64,000 bases of DNA from positions 22,072,001-22,136,000 of the forward strand of contig NC_043003.1 in the NCBI RefSeq assembly GCF_006345805.1. Direction: 5' to 3'. Source of the DNA: Octopus sinensis. Its lineage: Eukaryota. Positions within the stretch are counted from its first letter, which is position 1, and the number at the start of each line of letters is the position of its first letter. A model generated the notes under the pieces. That model was given only the letters and a program-made list of their open reading frames with translations. It was not told the DNA's origin and searched no databases. Positions 1 through 14,900 of this stretch are shown in pieces. Made by a program: the position numbers and the translations under genes.

Positions 1-29
1 ATCAAATACAAATCTAGAAGCGTGTGTGT

Positions 30-92
<63 letters not shown>

Positions 93-852
93 ATCAGTAA
101 ATTTCAAACAACTGAAATACCTCTTGGTGATCCAATAGCAGGTTGTACAACACAGACTGTTGCAGATCATCATCACAGCTAGCCATAAACTGCAGACTAA
201 AACAAAGACATAGTCTCTTAAACAGAATGTTATAAAGCATCTCCAATTGATCTGACTTAATATTCTGTGCACACTGGCTCGGTTGTTCTCAAACTGTTGT
301 GTAATTTCTGTATTGCAGCGGCAATGCAGTTATTTAGTGATTGGATATTCCTATTTATTTGTCCATGGTTTTCATCTCTTTTATTAATTCACTGTTTTGA
401 CAGCAGCCACAGGGAAAGAAGTTGGTGGGGAAAAGTTATTTGTTTTGTAATAACATATACCATCTTAGATAATATATTTGGAAAATGTAACAATCTATTT
501 CAGTGTGATAACCTGACTTTTCTTTCTCTATTTTTCTCTTTTTTTCCTTCTTTGAAAATCCTTTGATATTTTCATACCTCACAATAAAATTGTTACTTGG
601 ATGATAAGTAAATGAAAATGAAAATAAAGAAATAGTTGACAGATTTTTCTGATATTCAGGAGAAAAGGTCTAGCCAGTCTTATGTTACTATTGACTTTTC
701 AAGACAAATATATTTATATATACATATATATATTATTATTTTTTTTTTTGCGCACATTTAATCCAAGTTTCCATGGATTACCAGCTTCAAAAATTATCGT
801 CAAATGGTGGTCACCCATTGTGTTGTTGTTGTTGTTTTTTTTCTTCTTACAG

Positions 853-1233
853 TATGTGGAGGAGGTGGAGGTGGCGGGGGAGAGGGAGGAGAAAGTTTAG
901 CCAGTACTGATAGTCAATCTCAGGAAGTCCTAGTCCAGCAGCTGCCTGTGACCACATCTCCCGTTTTGCAGCTGCAGCAGTCGAATGGGGAGCAGCCGGT
1001 TCAGGTGGCTGGTACTGAATCCAAAGATGTCACTTCCTTGGGTCCAGCCAGTGTGGTTACCATGTCCAACGTGACAACTTGTAGTTCGATCTCTGCGGTT
1101 CCCAGAACTTTACCAGCCAGCACGGACGGAGGTGATACTGTAAAGGAAGCAGCAATTCCCATAGCAAGCACCCCAACTGTGTCAGACATCCCTGGCAGAC
1201 GAAATATCAGGCAGGCTTTGCGACCTAAGCGAT
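853..1233 (+). CDS. Asx: Asx coding exon (Gly tract, S/T/V-rich), phase 1-1, 381 nt
   Basis: Acceptor ttcttcttacAG at 851-852; donor GTaaat at 1234. Open frame (ORF 804-1280) with raised GC content. Phase joins exon 14040 (T+AT=Tyr). No recognisable conserved domain, so the assignment rests on phase and context. Confidence 0.75.
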
Positions 1234-3683
1234 GTAAATATTCCAATTATTTCCATTTTTTTCTCTTTGATCTTTTGTGACTGTGAAAAGAACCAGCAAA
1301 CTCATGCTTTATTAAACTTTTTACGCGTTTGTTTATCTTTTGCCCCAGGTAAAAAAAAAAGAAAGAAAAAGAAATTCCTTAATTTTTTTTTATTTATTAG
1401 TTTTTTTCCTTCCCCATTTATTGTGGTTGAAATGTTTGATTCTAATCATGATTAACAGACATTGGTTGTTATTTAGTTGGAATGTAGTTTGGCTTGCTGA
1501 TAATGCACTGGAATCTTGCACATTAAATCTATTGTTCTTCCCCTCCCCTCCCACTTTTGCCTATCCTTCTATCTCCACCTGTCTGTCTGTCTCCCTTCTG
1601 TTGGTTTAGCACTTGCAGAGAGATAACAAGAACTAACATCTTATGCAGTATGTTATGAAGCTTAGAATATCTAAATTTTTTTTTTTTTTTGTTGGTTTGA
1701 TACATGCTTGCACACAGAGATTTTTTTTGTATGCATATGTCCATGCACATGCTTAGGCAACTGAGTGCATGCACACATATTCACATACAAAGTGTCTGTA
1801 ATACCTGGGAGTAACTATGCTCATTTCTTATAGCATGCACTCACATACACTTAGCAAAACTATGTAAACTAATGCAGTTTAGATGGTTTTTTGCAAAGTT
1901 AGATATTTATTATCAAGTGAGACTTGTTTGAAAATAGATTCTGGTAAGATTATTATGCATGATTTAAACCTATCAGTCAGCTGCTTATGATGTGAATTTA
2001 TTGCTGTTGTGTTTCTTTGGAACCATAAATGGCACTGTATTTGTTTATAACCATTTTGTTAACAAACATGAGCTGTTCCACCAGAAACTAGCCTAAGCTT
2101 CTAAGTTGAATTTCCCATGCTGTTGTTTTTGTTGCTCTTTGTTATGCTATTTATTCTATGCTGGTCTGTTATTTCAGTATTCATCTTGAAGGCACAGGCA
2201 TAGCTGTGTGGTTAAGAAGTTTATTTTGTAATCACATGGTCTTGGGTGCAGCCCTGACTGTGTGACACCTCGGGACAAGTGCCTTGTGAATGAAATTCGT
2301 TGAAGGAGATTGTATTAGAGCCTGTTGTGTGTGAGAGAGAGAGGAGAGAGAAAGTTGTCATTTTCTGCTTTGCACAAGATTGTCTGAGGAGGGTGGAGAA
2401 ACCAATGTCATGTTTGCTTTGAAGTTTAGCTTGTAATTTCCTGAATCTGTCAAAACCTACTTGATGTTCTTTATCTCATCTCACTTTACCATCCTTACTG
2501 ATCCCACAACAAACATTATGCTTGTAGAGCACTCCCCATGTTCATCATTTTCATCACTAATTCCAGTCTACAGAAGTTGAAGCTGATTCACAACATAGCT
2601 GTTGTTACCTTCCCATCTTGGGGCATCTGTATAAACTCTAGTTTAGTTTTAAGACAACTAAAACAATGATACAGAAAGCCAATATGTTATCATATAATAG
2701 ATCTTGAGAAAATGTCTCATTTCACTAGGGTGCTTCACCATTAAGCCATTTGGTCAGTGCTATCTCCAGCCTTGTATAAATGTGTTTGAGTTTCATTTCC
2801 TCAAGCTTCCAAAAGTTTCTGTATAACAGAATCAACACAAATACGAATTTGTTGTTTCATGTGAAAATGTACTACAAATCAGACATATAAAAAGAAGAAA
2901 AACATTGCAGAAATTATTTATGTTGGAGCTCAGAAAGTCTAGCCTTGCAGATAGAATTTAGAAACACTTACGGCCTCAGCTGTTGAATGAAACCTGCCCA
3001 ATTTATGTCAGTATGAATAACAACAATAACAATACTAAATTGTAGAATAACTCAAACTTATTTTAGTACAGAACATTTATATGAGAAAATATAAGAGAAA
3101 GTGAAGTGTCCACACAGCCCTGGGTGGTGTCAATTTTGGTTGTTCTTGAATGTATTGCTCTTTTGGGAATGCTCATTTTAATTATCCTTCCCCCTCCTCA
3201 GTACTGTCCATCCGCTACTTCTACCCATTAGATGTTATTTCTCTTGCTTGCACATATTTTATTTGTATGCATGAGGAATTTAAAGATAGATTTCATTTTC
3301 AAATTCTATTATTTGTTTTCACTGGTTATATTTTTCCCCTCTTCTGTTGCTCGCAAATAACAGAAGTTTAAGATTTCCAGTAAACAGGCAAGGCTTGTAT
3401 GCTGCATTCTGGTGCTTAGCACATATTGAAAGCAATATGTAGATAGTATTAATAGCATTTAGCCACCACTGACCTCAAACTTTGCAAGTATTATTGCTCT
3501 ACTGCATCTGTGTTAGATTCTAAAAGTTGTTTTGTAGCTGATAACAAAAAAAAAAAAGAGTTTATATAAAATGATTTCTTAGCTGAATTTATCCATTGTA
3601 AAACAGGGTTACAAATTAAGTTTAAACTATATCCTTTAGTTAATTCTCAAGTATTTGCTTAGCAATGAAGTTAAAAATTCTTC

Positions 3684-3714
<31 letters not shown>

Positions 3715-6700
3715 TTTTTTTTTTTTTTTTTAAAAAAATTTTTAACTTTTTTTTACTCTGCTAACAGAATATTTTGACCATTATAATTTAGAGAAAGATG
3801 GGGACAGAATTTTCCATCAAAATATTTAGTTAAAGAAAGAAGGATAAAGACAGGAAAATCTGCTCAGCTGTCAAACTTTTCTCAAGTCCCAAAGACAGAC
3901 AAATTTCATTTAATTCTTTCTGGTACTAATGAAGCAGTCTTAACTTTTGCTTTTGTAGCTCCCTTTTAATATCTTAAGAGGAAAAGCAAAAGTGATCGTA
4001 AATCTAAACCATTGACTGCAAGCTCTACTGTTGTTATTTAGTAATTCTGGCCCAAACGTGGTCCATTTACTTGTTTGTTTACTACCCTTGCTATAAGTGT
4101 AGATAAGACTTCTACTTTTGGATAGTGAACAGTAGAAAGGGCACCAACTTATAAAGGTGAGGTTGTGTGGTTATGAAGTTTGCTTCCCAACTCTTTAGTC
4201 TTAGGTTCACTCCCATTGCACTGCACCTTCAGCATGTGTCTTCTAATATAGCCCTGGGCCAACCATAACCTTGCATGGATTTGGTAGATGGAAACTGAAA
4301 GCCTGTTTTGTGTGTGTGTGTGTGTACTTAGCCAAGTATCTTCCACTATAGCCCTGGGCCAACCAAATCCTTATGAGTGGATTTGACAAATGGAAACTGA
4401 AGGAAGCCCATTGTGCATTCATGCATGTTTGTGTCTGTCTTGGCATTGTGTGATGATTGTGAATGAGCATCATTGTCATACAAGCAATGTTATTCATTTC
4501 CTGTCTTCCCAAAGTGAAATATTACCTTGCTTGGAAATGAGTTGGCAATAGACAACTTCTTGTTATGGAAACGTGGACATTAAATTATGATAATGATGAT
4601 ATCCAAAGTTCTAAAACTCTACCATTGCTCCTGAACAGCATGAAAGATTGAATGCTAAAGAAGAATGGGTAAACCTAGTCATTATTTTGTTATATATTCT
4701 GAAACACTAAATACATTGATTAGCAATAATCATAACATTGCTTATTAAATCAGATATCAAATATGATATCTCTGTATTCTTTCCAATCAGATGTTGATGT
4801 TTTTACTATTTAGTCATTTGATGCTTAGCATGTGAAATGTTTGTATGTGTCTGAAATGAATGCTCTTTTGTGAACTCAGTATTAAAATTAGATATTAGTT
4901 CTTATTTTTAGAATATTCCATAAGGAAAATTTGGCAGCCTGAATTATTGAGTTTGTCTTGTCATTCAGTTTGTCACTCTTTTTATGGCACTGTGAATTGA
5001 TGAGAAGTACATGCAGTTATGAATTCAGTTAATTTACTAGTGTGTCATAATCTTTATATTATACTAAAACTCAAAGTTTGTCTGTTTTCCTGCCATTCAA
5101 TTAAGATGATCAAGATTGCAAGTAAAATAGTCATTTCCCCCTTTAAGAAAAAAAAAATCAAGTTGAAAATGTTGACACTTCAAAGAGTCGGCCCAGCGAC
5201 CACTGTCTGTCCTTTTTTCTTCTCTTAATCATTTATACAACTTTCAAGTGTTATAGACTGAAAGAGAAATTTTCCCTATATTTTTTTAATCACAGGTACT
5301 TGATTTTTTTTTTTTTTTTTTTCTTAAAGGGGAAAATTAATATTTTATCTAAAATAAAATATCAATCTTTATCATCTTAATGAAAAGGCAGAAAAACAGA
5401 CAGTGAGACTATCTCTTTATAGACAATCAGTTGCAACGGGAGGAGTTGAATCTCATAAAAATGGAAAAAACAACAACAAATGGATTGTGTCGTATGAAAT
5501 TCTTTTAAAAGAATTCAAATGCCTCTGCAACATTGAAATCGTTACCGCAGTGAGGTCAGTTAAGTACATCATCAAGTTCATGCTGAAAGGAAATGACTAA
5601 ACAGCCATCCAAATAAACAATGATAACAAAATTACTCAATACCTAATGAATTGGTATATTGGACCATCCCAAGCAGTTGCATCCATTTTAAGATTTTCAA
5701 TTCTTGAAAGAGCATCTGCAATAGTGAAACTGCAAGTTCATCTACCAGATGAACAAAGAATATTGCTCAGAAATAATGAAGATATATATGGTTGTCAGTG
5801 AATGACATATGAGAACAATATTGATGGGATTTTTTCCATTATGCATCAGTGATGACTTTGAAAAGCATTATTTTATGCTGAAGTACCCATGTATTTCACT
5901 TGGAACAGTAGTAACAAAGAATGGCAAAGAAGAAAGCGAAGAAAAAAAGTTGAAGGCCATTTCAACATTTTCAAAGAAGAAACACTTGGTTGTGTTTATG
6001 TTGTCACACCAAAGGCAGGAGAACTATATTATTTAAGAATTTTATCATAAGAAGTTTGAAATAGTATTTTTTCCTTTGCTGCCGTTCATTAACATTTTCA
6101 ACTTGGAGTGGTTGTGACCCAACAGGTCACGGCGGGTAGATCTAGTTTTTGTTTAAAAGAAGACACATCATCATCATCATCATCATCACTGTTTAACATC
6201 TGTCTTTCATGCTAGCAAGGGTTGGATAGTTTGATAGGAACTGGCAAGCCAAAGGACTGTGCCAAATATTCCGACATGGTTTCTACAACTGAGTGCTTTT
6301 TTAACATGGTACCAGCATCAGAGAGAACACCATTGGTATTATATAATTCAGTTGTTCAAATTAAGTTTAAAAAAACAACTTTTAAATTCCACTATTACTA
6401 AATAGTAGTAGTAATAATAATAATAATAATAATAATCATAATAATAATAATAATAATATAATTTGCTAGGAGATGGTGTATTCTTGTACATTTTTATTTA
6501 TTTATTTATTAAATTTGGGTCTGTCTATGTTTCAGCAGAATTCAGAATATAAGTAAATGTATAAATGTTTTGAGGGTTTTTTTTTTTTTTTTTTTTGTGT
6601 GGACATACAAAAATTAAGGTATGTATGTGGAATCAGTGTGAGAAATCATCCTCTTCATCATCTATCTGCTTTTCATGCTGTCATGGGTTGGATGGCTGTC

Positions 6701-8953
6701 ACTGTCTAAGTTCTTCACAGTGGCTCTTCTCTTCCTAGACTGATTGTAGGACCATATCCTACTTGCACACTTCAGCAGTTTTGACTTGGTTTCCTTTCAC
6801 CATCCAACCTCCAGAGTGTACTTGGTGTATTTCATTTAGGCACAAGCACTTGAGATCATTGTTATCACCTCCATCTAACATTCATGTTCCATGCTAGCTT
6901 GAGTTGGACATTTTGCTAGAATTTTAACAAGTGCAAGGACTGCATCATGCATCAGAGATGTATTGTAAAATAGTGTAAATTAATCCAATTCGTTTCTAAT
7001 TTAGTTTAGGTAGAAAATAAAGATAGCAAGGTTTGAAATTGTTACCAGTTTATGTGGTGGGTTCTGTTGATGGCACCAAGCTTAGTTGTTAATAACTGTT
7101 ATTTTAACAGTATTGAGATTTCATCAACACTTGACTAGTATATTAAGAAAATTTGTTTGTTTTTGACAGTTCACAATAAATAAACTTTGAGGTGTTTTCC
7201 ATTATTTATATATGCAAAAATCTGTGGATGATACAAAATAATTGCAAAAATTACTTCTTTAAAGGAATTTGCCCTTGCAGAACTAGAAAATCAACTTCAC
7301 AGAAAAGCCTGATTTAAATACTTGTTTCAGTATTGCAGTTACATGTGTATTTTGTTGAAGGTAACCTTCTCAGGACAGTAGTTGATCTCTTTGTAATGAC
7401 AAACTGAGGTCACTTCAGATAGATTAAGTCTTTGTGTGTGTGTGCGCGCGCGCGCATGCACTCACGTTGGTGGAGTAGTACAACACATATGCAAGTGTAC
7501 CTGTGTATGCTTCCTTTTGCACTGCCAGATACAATAATATTGCTTCTTTTATACAAATAATGACAATAATAATAATAATAAATTTCTAGGTTTTATTTTG
7601 CCTTGTTTATAGAACTGACTGGATCTTTTTATATTCTTATGACTGGGAGACTAGTGCTAAGAGAGAGGTGGAGGATATACAACATGTCCATAAAGTCCCT
7701 ATCTATTTTAATGAAGCAACGTTAAAACTACATCAAAGATATATAATTATAGAATGAAAGATAAGTAATACCGTTGGAAAAGTTTCGAGGTTCAAGTTCA
7801 GCATGGCAGTCATCAGTATCCCTTGCACTGGTATGTTTGTGCCACAGGATTTTCCAAAAAATGTCCTTAAAATTATTTGCAGCATTTCGTACATGTTCGT
7901 GTGAATTCTCCAGAGTCGTAATTCTTGTTTGGTTGGCTTGCAATTCGAGAAAGTCACAGGTAAAGAAAACCAAAGAAGCTAGATTTGGGCATTTAGATGG
8001 CTGTCATCTATTATTCTCATATCTCTTTTCATCAATTTTGAAGCAGCTCATGTAGGTATTCTTGAATAATTGGGGAATAATTTTGTTGAAATGAATCAAT
8101 GTTAATTATCTCATCTGCAGTTAACTATAGCTCAAAGGATTTTGCTGTAAAATGGTAAGCTAGATAGATCCTCTAATTGGGTAAAGAAGGGAAAAAAAGT
8201 TCAGTTATCTTACATTTTGTTATACCCATCTGAGCATTATCTTTAGACAAGTCCCTTTCATATTGTTGGACAAAGTCCTTTGGATGTTCATCTGTCCAAA
8301 TGTGATGATTTGCCTTCTCACATGTACAGAACGTCATTTCATCACTGCAAATAGTGTTATCCGTTAAATTTTCACAGTGGATGTGATCTACAAAATCAGT
8401 ACTTGCTCACACGCTTTGCAGTGAAATTTCTTCGTGTAAATTATGTCAGTGCAAATGATAGCTGTTTTTACACAGTTTGAGAATTTTATGTATTAATGGC
8501 TTTGTGAAAGTGAGTTTGTGTTCTGTTGCAAGAATATTGGAGTAAGAATTGTCATTGACAATTCAACTCACTGTATTCATAATATCCTCTGGCAATATAG
8601 GGTTGTCTACTTTTTTTTTTTTTTAAATATCATGTACAGAACCTGTTCTTTTAAAATTGCTCACTAGTTCATATATCATTGTGTGTGTGTTGGTCCAGCT
8701 TTGTTAAATCTCTTTGCAAACATATCTAATGTTGGTAGATATTTTTGTTATATTTGCGAGATATTTACTGCTATAATCTTTCTCTGTATGTCTGTCTGTC
8801 TGTCTCTCTCTCTCTCTGCATGGCTTGTAACGTCAGCACATACCCTAGTAATCTTCCAAGTGCATCCTGTAATTTTCAATTTGTGGTGCTATTTTAGCCT
8901 CAAAAAGTTCAAGATTTTGAATTATGTATAAATGATGTTTGGGATTTTGATTG

Positions 8954-8984
<31 letters not shown>

Positions 8985-11900
8985 TGTGTACATGTACAGT
9001 TGAAAATCCTTTATCTAAAATCTGAAATCTTTTGGAGTAAGAGAGGTGCCATAAATAGAAAATTCCAGAAAGCACTCAGAAGGTCTCAAGGAAGCATACA
9101 GTTGTTATATATATGGTTATATTTACAAGTAAATATAAAAGCTTGAAGAAATGTGTAAGTCTTCTATTACCAATGTATCTCAAATGCAAAACCAACTATA
9201 AATCGTAGCTCATTGTGTGTGTGTGTGTTTTGAGCTACTACTTATAGCTGGATTTGTATTTAATAGAAAACTTATATATATATATATATATCATCATCAT
9301 CATCGTTTATTGTCCATTTTCCATGCTAGCATGGGTTGGACAGTTCGACCGGCATCTGGGAAGCCAGGAGGCTGCACCAGGCTCCAGTCTGATCTGGCAG
9401 TGTTTCTACAGCTGGATGCCCTTCCTAACGCCAATCACTCTGTGAGTGTGGTGGGTGCTTTTTATGTGCCACTGGCACAGTTGCCAGGGGAGGCTGGCAA
9501 TGGCCATGATCGGTTGGTGCTTATATATATATATATTTACTTTTTCACTTGCAAGTATCCAATTTGGTTGGTTATAAGTTAAAGATTTACTCTGGTGTAA
9601 TGGTGCATCATTGTCTTGATTACAATGAATGTGTTGTGTGTGGTCTTTGGAGTTGATCCCTATTACCGTCAGTCGGTTGTTCTATCTCTCTGGAAGTGGA
9701 GATGATTTCAAAAAATCCAAGACTATATCTTGTATGGTATTTAATACCATATAAGATATATTCATCTTTGTTGTTCAAAAATTAGCCATTGGCCACCCTG
9801 GTTTTTGTTTTCTTTTTCTTTTAGTACATTTTGTTTCATTTATGCAAATTACCTATGCTTTAGATGTATTCTGCTCTTCTTTGTTTATGTGTAAATATCT
9901 TTTTCTGCTGGAGACAAGGCAGAGCAAGTGCTGAGATGTCATACCTACTGAGGTAAAAACAAATGTCCACAACTGTTCTCTTGTTTCCAGACAGTCAGAC
10001 TGTCTTTTCTTTTCATGGCATTTTGGTTTTTGGGGAAATCCTTGACTCTTGAGATTATCTCCCCCTTCTCATTTGGTGTGGCCATGAATTACCACCAAGC
10101 AATTATTCTGCCTTCTCTGGAGACTAGAGCTGATTTCAATATATTCAAGATTATATCTTGTCTGGTACTTAACATATCCTTTCTATGTCTTTGTCCAAAT
10201 ACATGCCTCTGGCCACTGTGAATCATTTCTCTTAGCTCATTTTCATTTCACTTATGTATAATTGTGTGTACACACATGCAAAATCATGTGCAATTGTGTG
10301 TGTGTGTATGCATACATACATGTATGTATATACTTAAACATATAATGTTTTATCCGGAAATTGTAGTTATCAGTTGATGTACTATAACATTGCATTAAGA
10401 TATAGTTGGTTGGTGTTTAATTTTCTGCTAGAATGGGTGTTAACTAATTTTTATTTGCCAATATCAAGTTCTGTCCTGAAGGTTTATTTGTTGGGGTTTT
10501 TTTTGTTTTTAAAACTAAAGCAATAATATTTCAGACTAAGTTTTTGTATTTTTAAAATTTTATTTTCATTTCGCATTTTATTTGTCTGGATAAGAAGAAG
10601 AGCAGGCCATGTTGCTTCAGTTTCCATACCACAGAAGCGTTATTCATTTCCAGTTATTAATAATTATATAACCATTATTGGATAGAACCCATAATATCAA
10701 TCCAATATCTTTTCTATATCTAGTCTGTGACTATAGCTACGTCCAACATCATATCACTAGTGTCAGACTATATTTTGATATTTCAGTGATGTGCTTTGCT
10801 TGATAGCGATATCAATTTTATCAAACTGCAGAATCAGTTGGTTTTCATTTGCAGTATCAGAGTACTGGCTGTTTTGAGATTTTAATCTTTTGATATAGGC
10901 TAGAGCAGTACCTTCTTATAACTGGTTTGGTATTTCCCAGTGTTAAATACAAATGCTGCTTATGTAACCTTTGCACCCCTCCTTCCTATTGGTGTTGATA
11001 AAGGCCAGTAATGCACTAGGCTTATATCTTATAAACTTTGGCCAGTACAAGCTAGCTCTATGCATGTTTGACCCTTTAGCATTCAGATTACTCTGTCAAA
11101 CGTAATGTTTATTTATTCACATTGTTTTCAATTAACCAGGCATTATTTCATAGCTTTGAGATTTTGATGGTTTGATAGTTTATTTTTAGAATAGAATTGT
11201 AGGGTAGATGTGAGTGGTTGGATCTGACTGGTTTGAACTTAAAACGGATAGAACATTTAGGCTGGATACACCCAGTTTACATGCTAAAGGGTTAACAGAG
11301 GGCGATATTTTACAACTCATTTTATTGAAGATTGTTGAAGTAAATAAAGGCTTGAATCTTAAAATATCTGAAATCCTTCTATAGTTGTAGATTTTCTTAC
11401 CTCTTCATCTACCATACACTGTCAGGCATGGCTGTGTGGTTAATAAGTTTTCTTTACACCCATCTGATTTTGGGTTCAAATCCATTCATCGCTTCTGTAC
11501 AACACCTTGGGCAAGTGTCTTCTACCTCACCTTAATTTGACCAATATTTTGGGAATGAAATTTGATAAGCAGGAGTTACTTGTCTTCCTACAAGCAAAGC
11601 TTGTATGTTCAACTAGCTGGGCATTATAAGCCATCCAACCTCTGCTGGCATGGAAAAATGCAGATGTAAAATAAAGTTTTTGATATATTTTTCTCAGTGT
11701 ATGTTAGTGAAGGATATAAACATTGATTGGAAAACTGAAAAAGAACCATGTTTTCTGAACAAAGTCCTTTGCAATATTTGCTTTACACTGAGTTACACTC
11801 CCTCCCTTGTCACTCTCATTATTGGATATACAATGGATAAGGGATTAAGGTCATTCAAAACCTGTAACCACTGACATGGTTGTTCACGATTTGACAACTT

Positions 11901-14900
11901 ATAGGTGTAGGCATGGCTGTGTGGTAAGAAGTTCGCTTCCCAGCCTCATGGTTCTGGGTTCTGTCCCACTGCATGGCACCTCGGGCAAATATCTCCTACT
12001 ATAGCTTTGAACCAACCAAAGCCTTGTGAGTGGATTTGGTAGACAGAAACTGTAAGAAGTCCATTGTGTATGCATGTGTGTGCGCACCCACTTGTCAGTT
12101 GGGTGTTTGTGTTTTTACGTCCCTATCAATAGAATAAGTACCAGATAAAAAAAAAAAAAAGAAAGGTTTGGTTTATTTGACTAAAATTCTTTTAGGCAGT
12201 GTCCCAGGATGGCTGCAGTCTAATGGCTGAAACAAAGTGAATATACAAATTGTCATTTCCTCCTCTGCATGGTTGCATTTCTGTGATTTTGCTAGAATTC
12301 AATATTCAACATACAATAGACGGACACACTTTCTACACTTGCTTTCACTGCAACCAGCATCAAAGTGTATGATTGTGTGTGTTGAGATAGAAACAAAGAG
12401 TTAGCATGGTCTTACTGCTTTGCTGTATCTCTTACAGTTGTTTATCATTAAAAGTTGTACTGAGGCTATTTTCTTTTACTTGATCCTGTCATTTGACAGT
12501 GGCCACCCTGGGGTACCCCCTTAAAGGGTTTAGTTGAACAAATTGACCCTAGTACTTTTAATTTTTTTTTATGGTCACTACTTATACTATTACACTCCTT
12601 TGCTGAACTGCTAAGTTCAGGGATGTAAACAAACCAACACAAGTTGTCAAGTGCTGGAAAAGACGATCACACACACACAAAATATGCTTCCTTCCATGCA
12701 GTTTCCAGCTATCAAGTTCACTCGCAAGGCATTGATCAGTGCAGGGCTAGTAGGAACACACTTGCTGCACAGTGGGATTGAACCCAAAACCATGTGTTAC
12801 AAGGCTTCTTAGAAAAGCACCAAACATTCACTTGGCCACTCCATGTCATATGTCTACTACAGCAAAGCTGAGTTCAGTCCATAGCATCTAGACCCTAACT
12901 CAAGAATTACCTAGGTTTCATTTATTTATTTATAAGTTAAGCCATTAGCTTTGAAAAAATAAATAAATAAATAAAAATAGGTTGTAGATTTTCTGTAGAC
13001 TCAAGTAATAGATGCATATAGTATGATATTGCTGGGTTTTGTGACCTGAAATGATCGTTATCTTCTTTCATTATAATGCAGCCTGGTTAGTCAATTATTG
13101 TATAATGTCTTGGAATCTGTTTGGATCATGTATTTTATTTAGACCGAGGACTACCAATCTTGAAGCTTTATATATCTATAATGGTGAGATTATTACTAAG
13201 CTGTTGGCTTTAGTGTCCTTTTCTTCTGACAACAGCATTGCTTTTGTTATGTCTTCTACTGTTACATCAAATACTGTCAAATAGGCAACACTTTATGTTG
13301 GAAGTGGTGCTGTAATACAGACTGTGGTTTCTTGATAAAATTGTCCATTTCAATTAATTTTTTTCAACCCCAGTTGATTCTATGAATGTTTGTATTATTA
13401 TACATCTGCTTTTCAGCTGTTCTCTAGAAATAGAGCTAAATCTACTAAATGTGTGTCTTTACTATAATGTGTGTGTGTGCATGAATGTTATACAATGTTC
13501 AGCAAAAGGAAAATGATGGAATGTATGCTGCTCTCACTGAGTGTTGTAAGTGAATGCAGTTCTGATTTTGTTATCAAGCTGATGTTTGGAACATAGATTA
13601 ACATGAAACTTCAATGAAAATTTTAATTTCTATCACTTTGGAAACAGAAAAGTTTGTATCATAGAACCAAGGGTGGTCTCAGACAGGTTTGTATCAAAAG
13701 GGTTTATATGAAGTGAATTAGATGACTGCATATGACATTTGTATTGAGAAAACTTCATTTGCAGATTATGAGGTTTACATCCTGTTGGAAACATTTTACT
13801 GTATGTGCTAATAGAAAATACCTCTGCGGAGAAGACTTTTGTTTTATCTACAGGAACGCTTTATTTCCCACAAGTCTAATGTTACAAGAACCCAAGATAA
13901 ATACTGACCATTTGTGGTATTGTAATTTGTAATAGGTCTAATAACCACTGTCACAACTTTTTGAATAATTATTATATTTACTAATTATATTTGCAGCTAC
14001 ATGTGATTAATGTTTTCTCTTCTTTTGTTCTCATTGCAGATGAAAAACTTAATAAATTTCCTGAAAAAGTCAACTGTAGTAGTGGTACCGGTCATCGTAG
14101 CATGTCGTTATCATCTTCATTATCATCCTCTTCCTCATCTTCATTATCATCGTCCTTGTCCGTCACTTCTAATCATGTGAACTCCCTGGCAGACAGCAAG
14201 ACCACTGTTGCTGGCACAACGATTATCAACAGCTGCACAACATCCCCTGCTGCTGCTGCTGCTGCTGCTATGGCAGCCACCGGTGCAGGGAGTAGCCACC
14301 GGCATGCCACTCGGGCTTCCCTTGTTGGAGGTGGCCACTCTTTGCAGGGTGTGCTAAGGCCACAGCAGACAATGAAAGAGATCTTGGCCAGTGTTCCTGG
14401 TGTCAGTAAAAAGGTAAGATACTGCATAAATAAATATACTCTTTTTCCTAACCTCAAGTATTAGTTTAACTGGTAGGTTTCTGGATCATCATTGTCATCC
14501 TCCTCCTCCTCATCATCATTTAACATCTGTCCTCCATACTGGTTTGACTGGATCTGATGCATTAGAGGACTGTGTTGTACTCCAGTCCAATGTTTATTTT
14601 AGCATGGTTTCTACAGCTGGATGCCCACCCTAACACCACCCTCCTTACAGCATGTACTGAGTGCTCTTTTCATAGCACCAGCACCAGTGAGGTCACCATG
14701 TAACTTGCATGACTAAAGATACCTCTCAATTGAGCAGAAGTGTGGTTGAAAGGAATGCCTTTATGCTAGGTTCTGATAGGCTAAAGTACAAAAGAAGGGA
14801 TAGAAGTAGTCTTCTTGTTGTAGGGGAAGTAGATCATTGCCTCACATTATGTAAGTGTAAGCAGATGTAATCGAGGTGGAAATTGCTAAAACCAGCTAAA

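Noticed and set aside
267-900. ORFs 267-566 and 682-900, and the ATG at 804 as the Asx start
   Set aside because: AT-rich intronic sequence. The ATG at 804 lies in the polypyrimidine/(GTT)n tract before a good acceptor at 852, so the coding exon is better explained as internal.
7728-8055. Overlapping 74-93-aa ORFs on both strands in a slightly CpG-richer patch
   Set aside because: No recognisable domain and no phase-compatible splice pair with the Asx exons; probably an unidentified old repeat.
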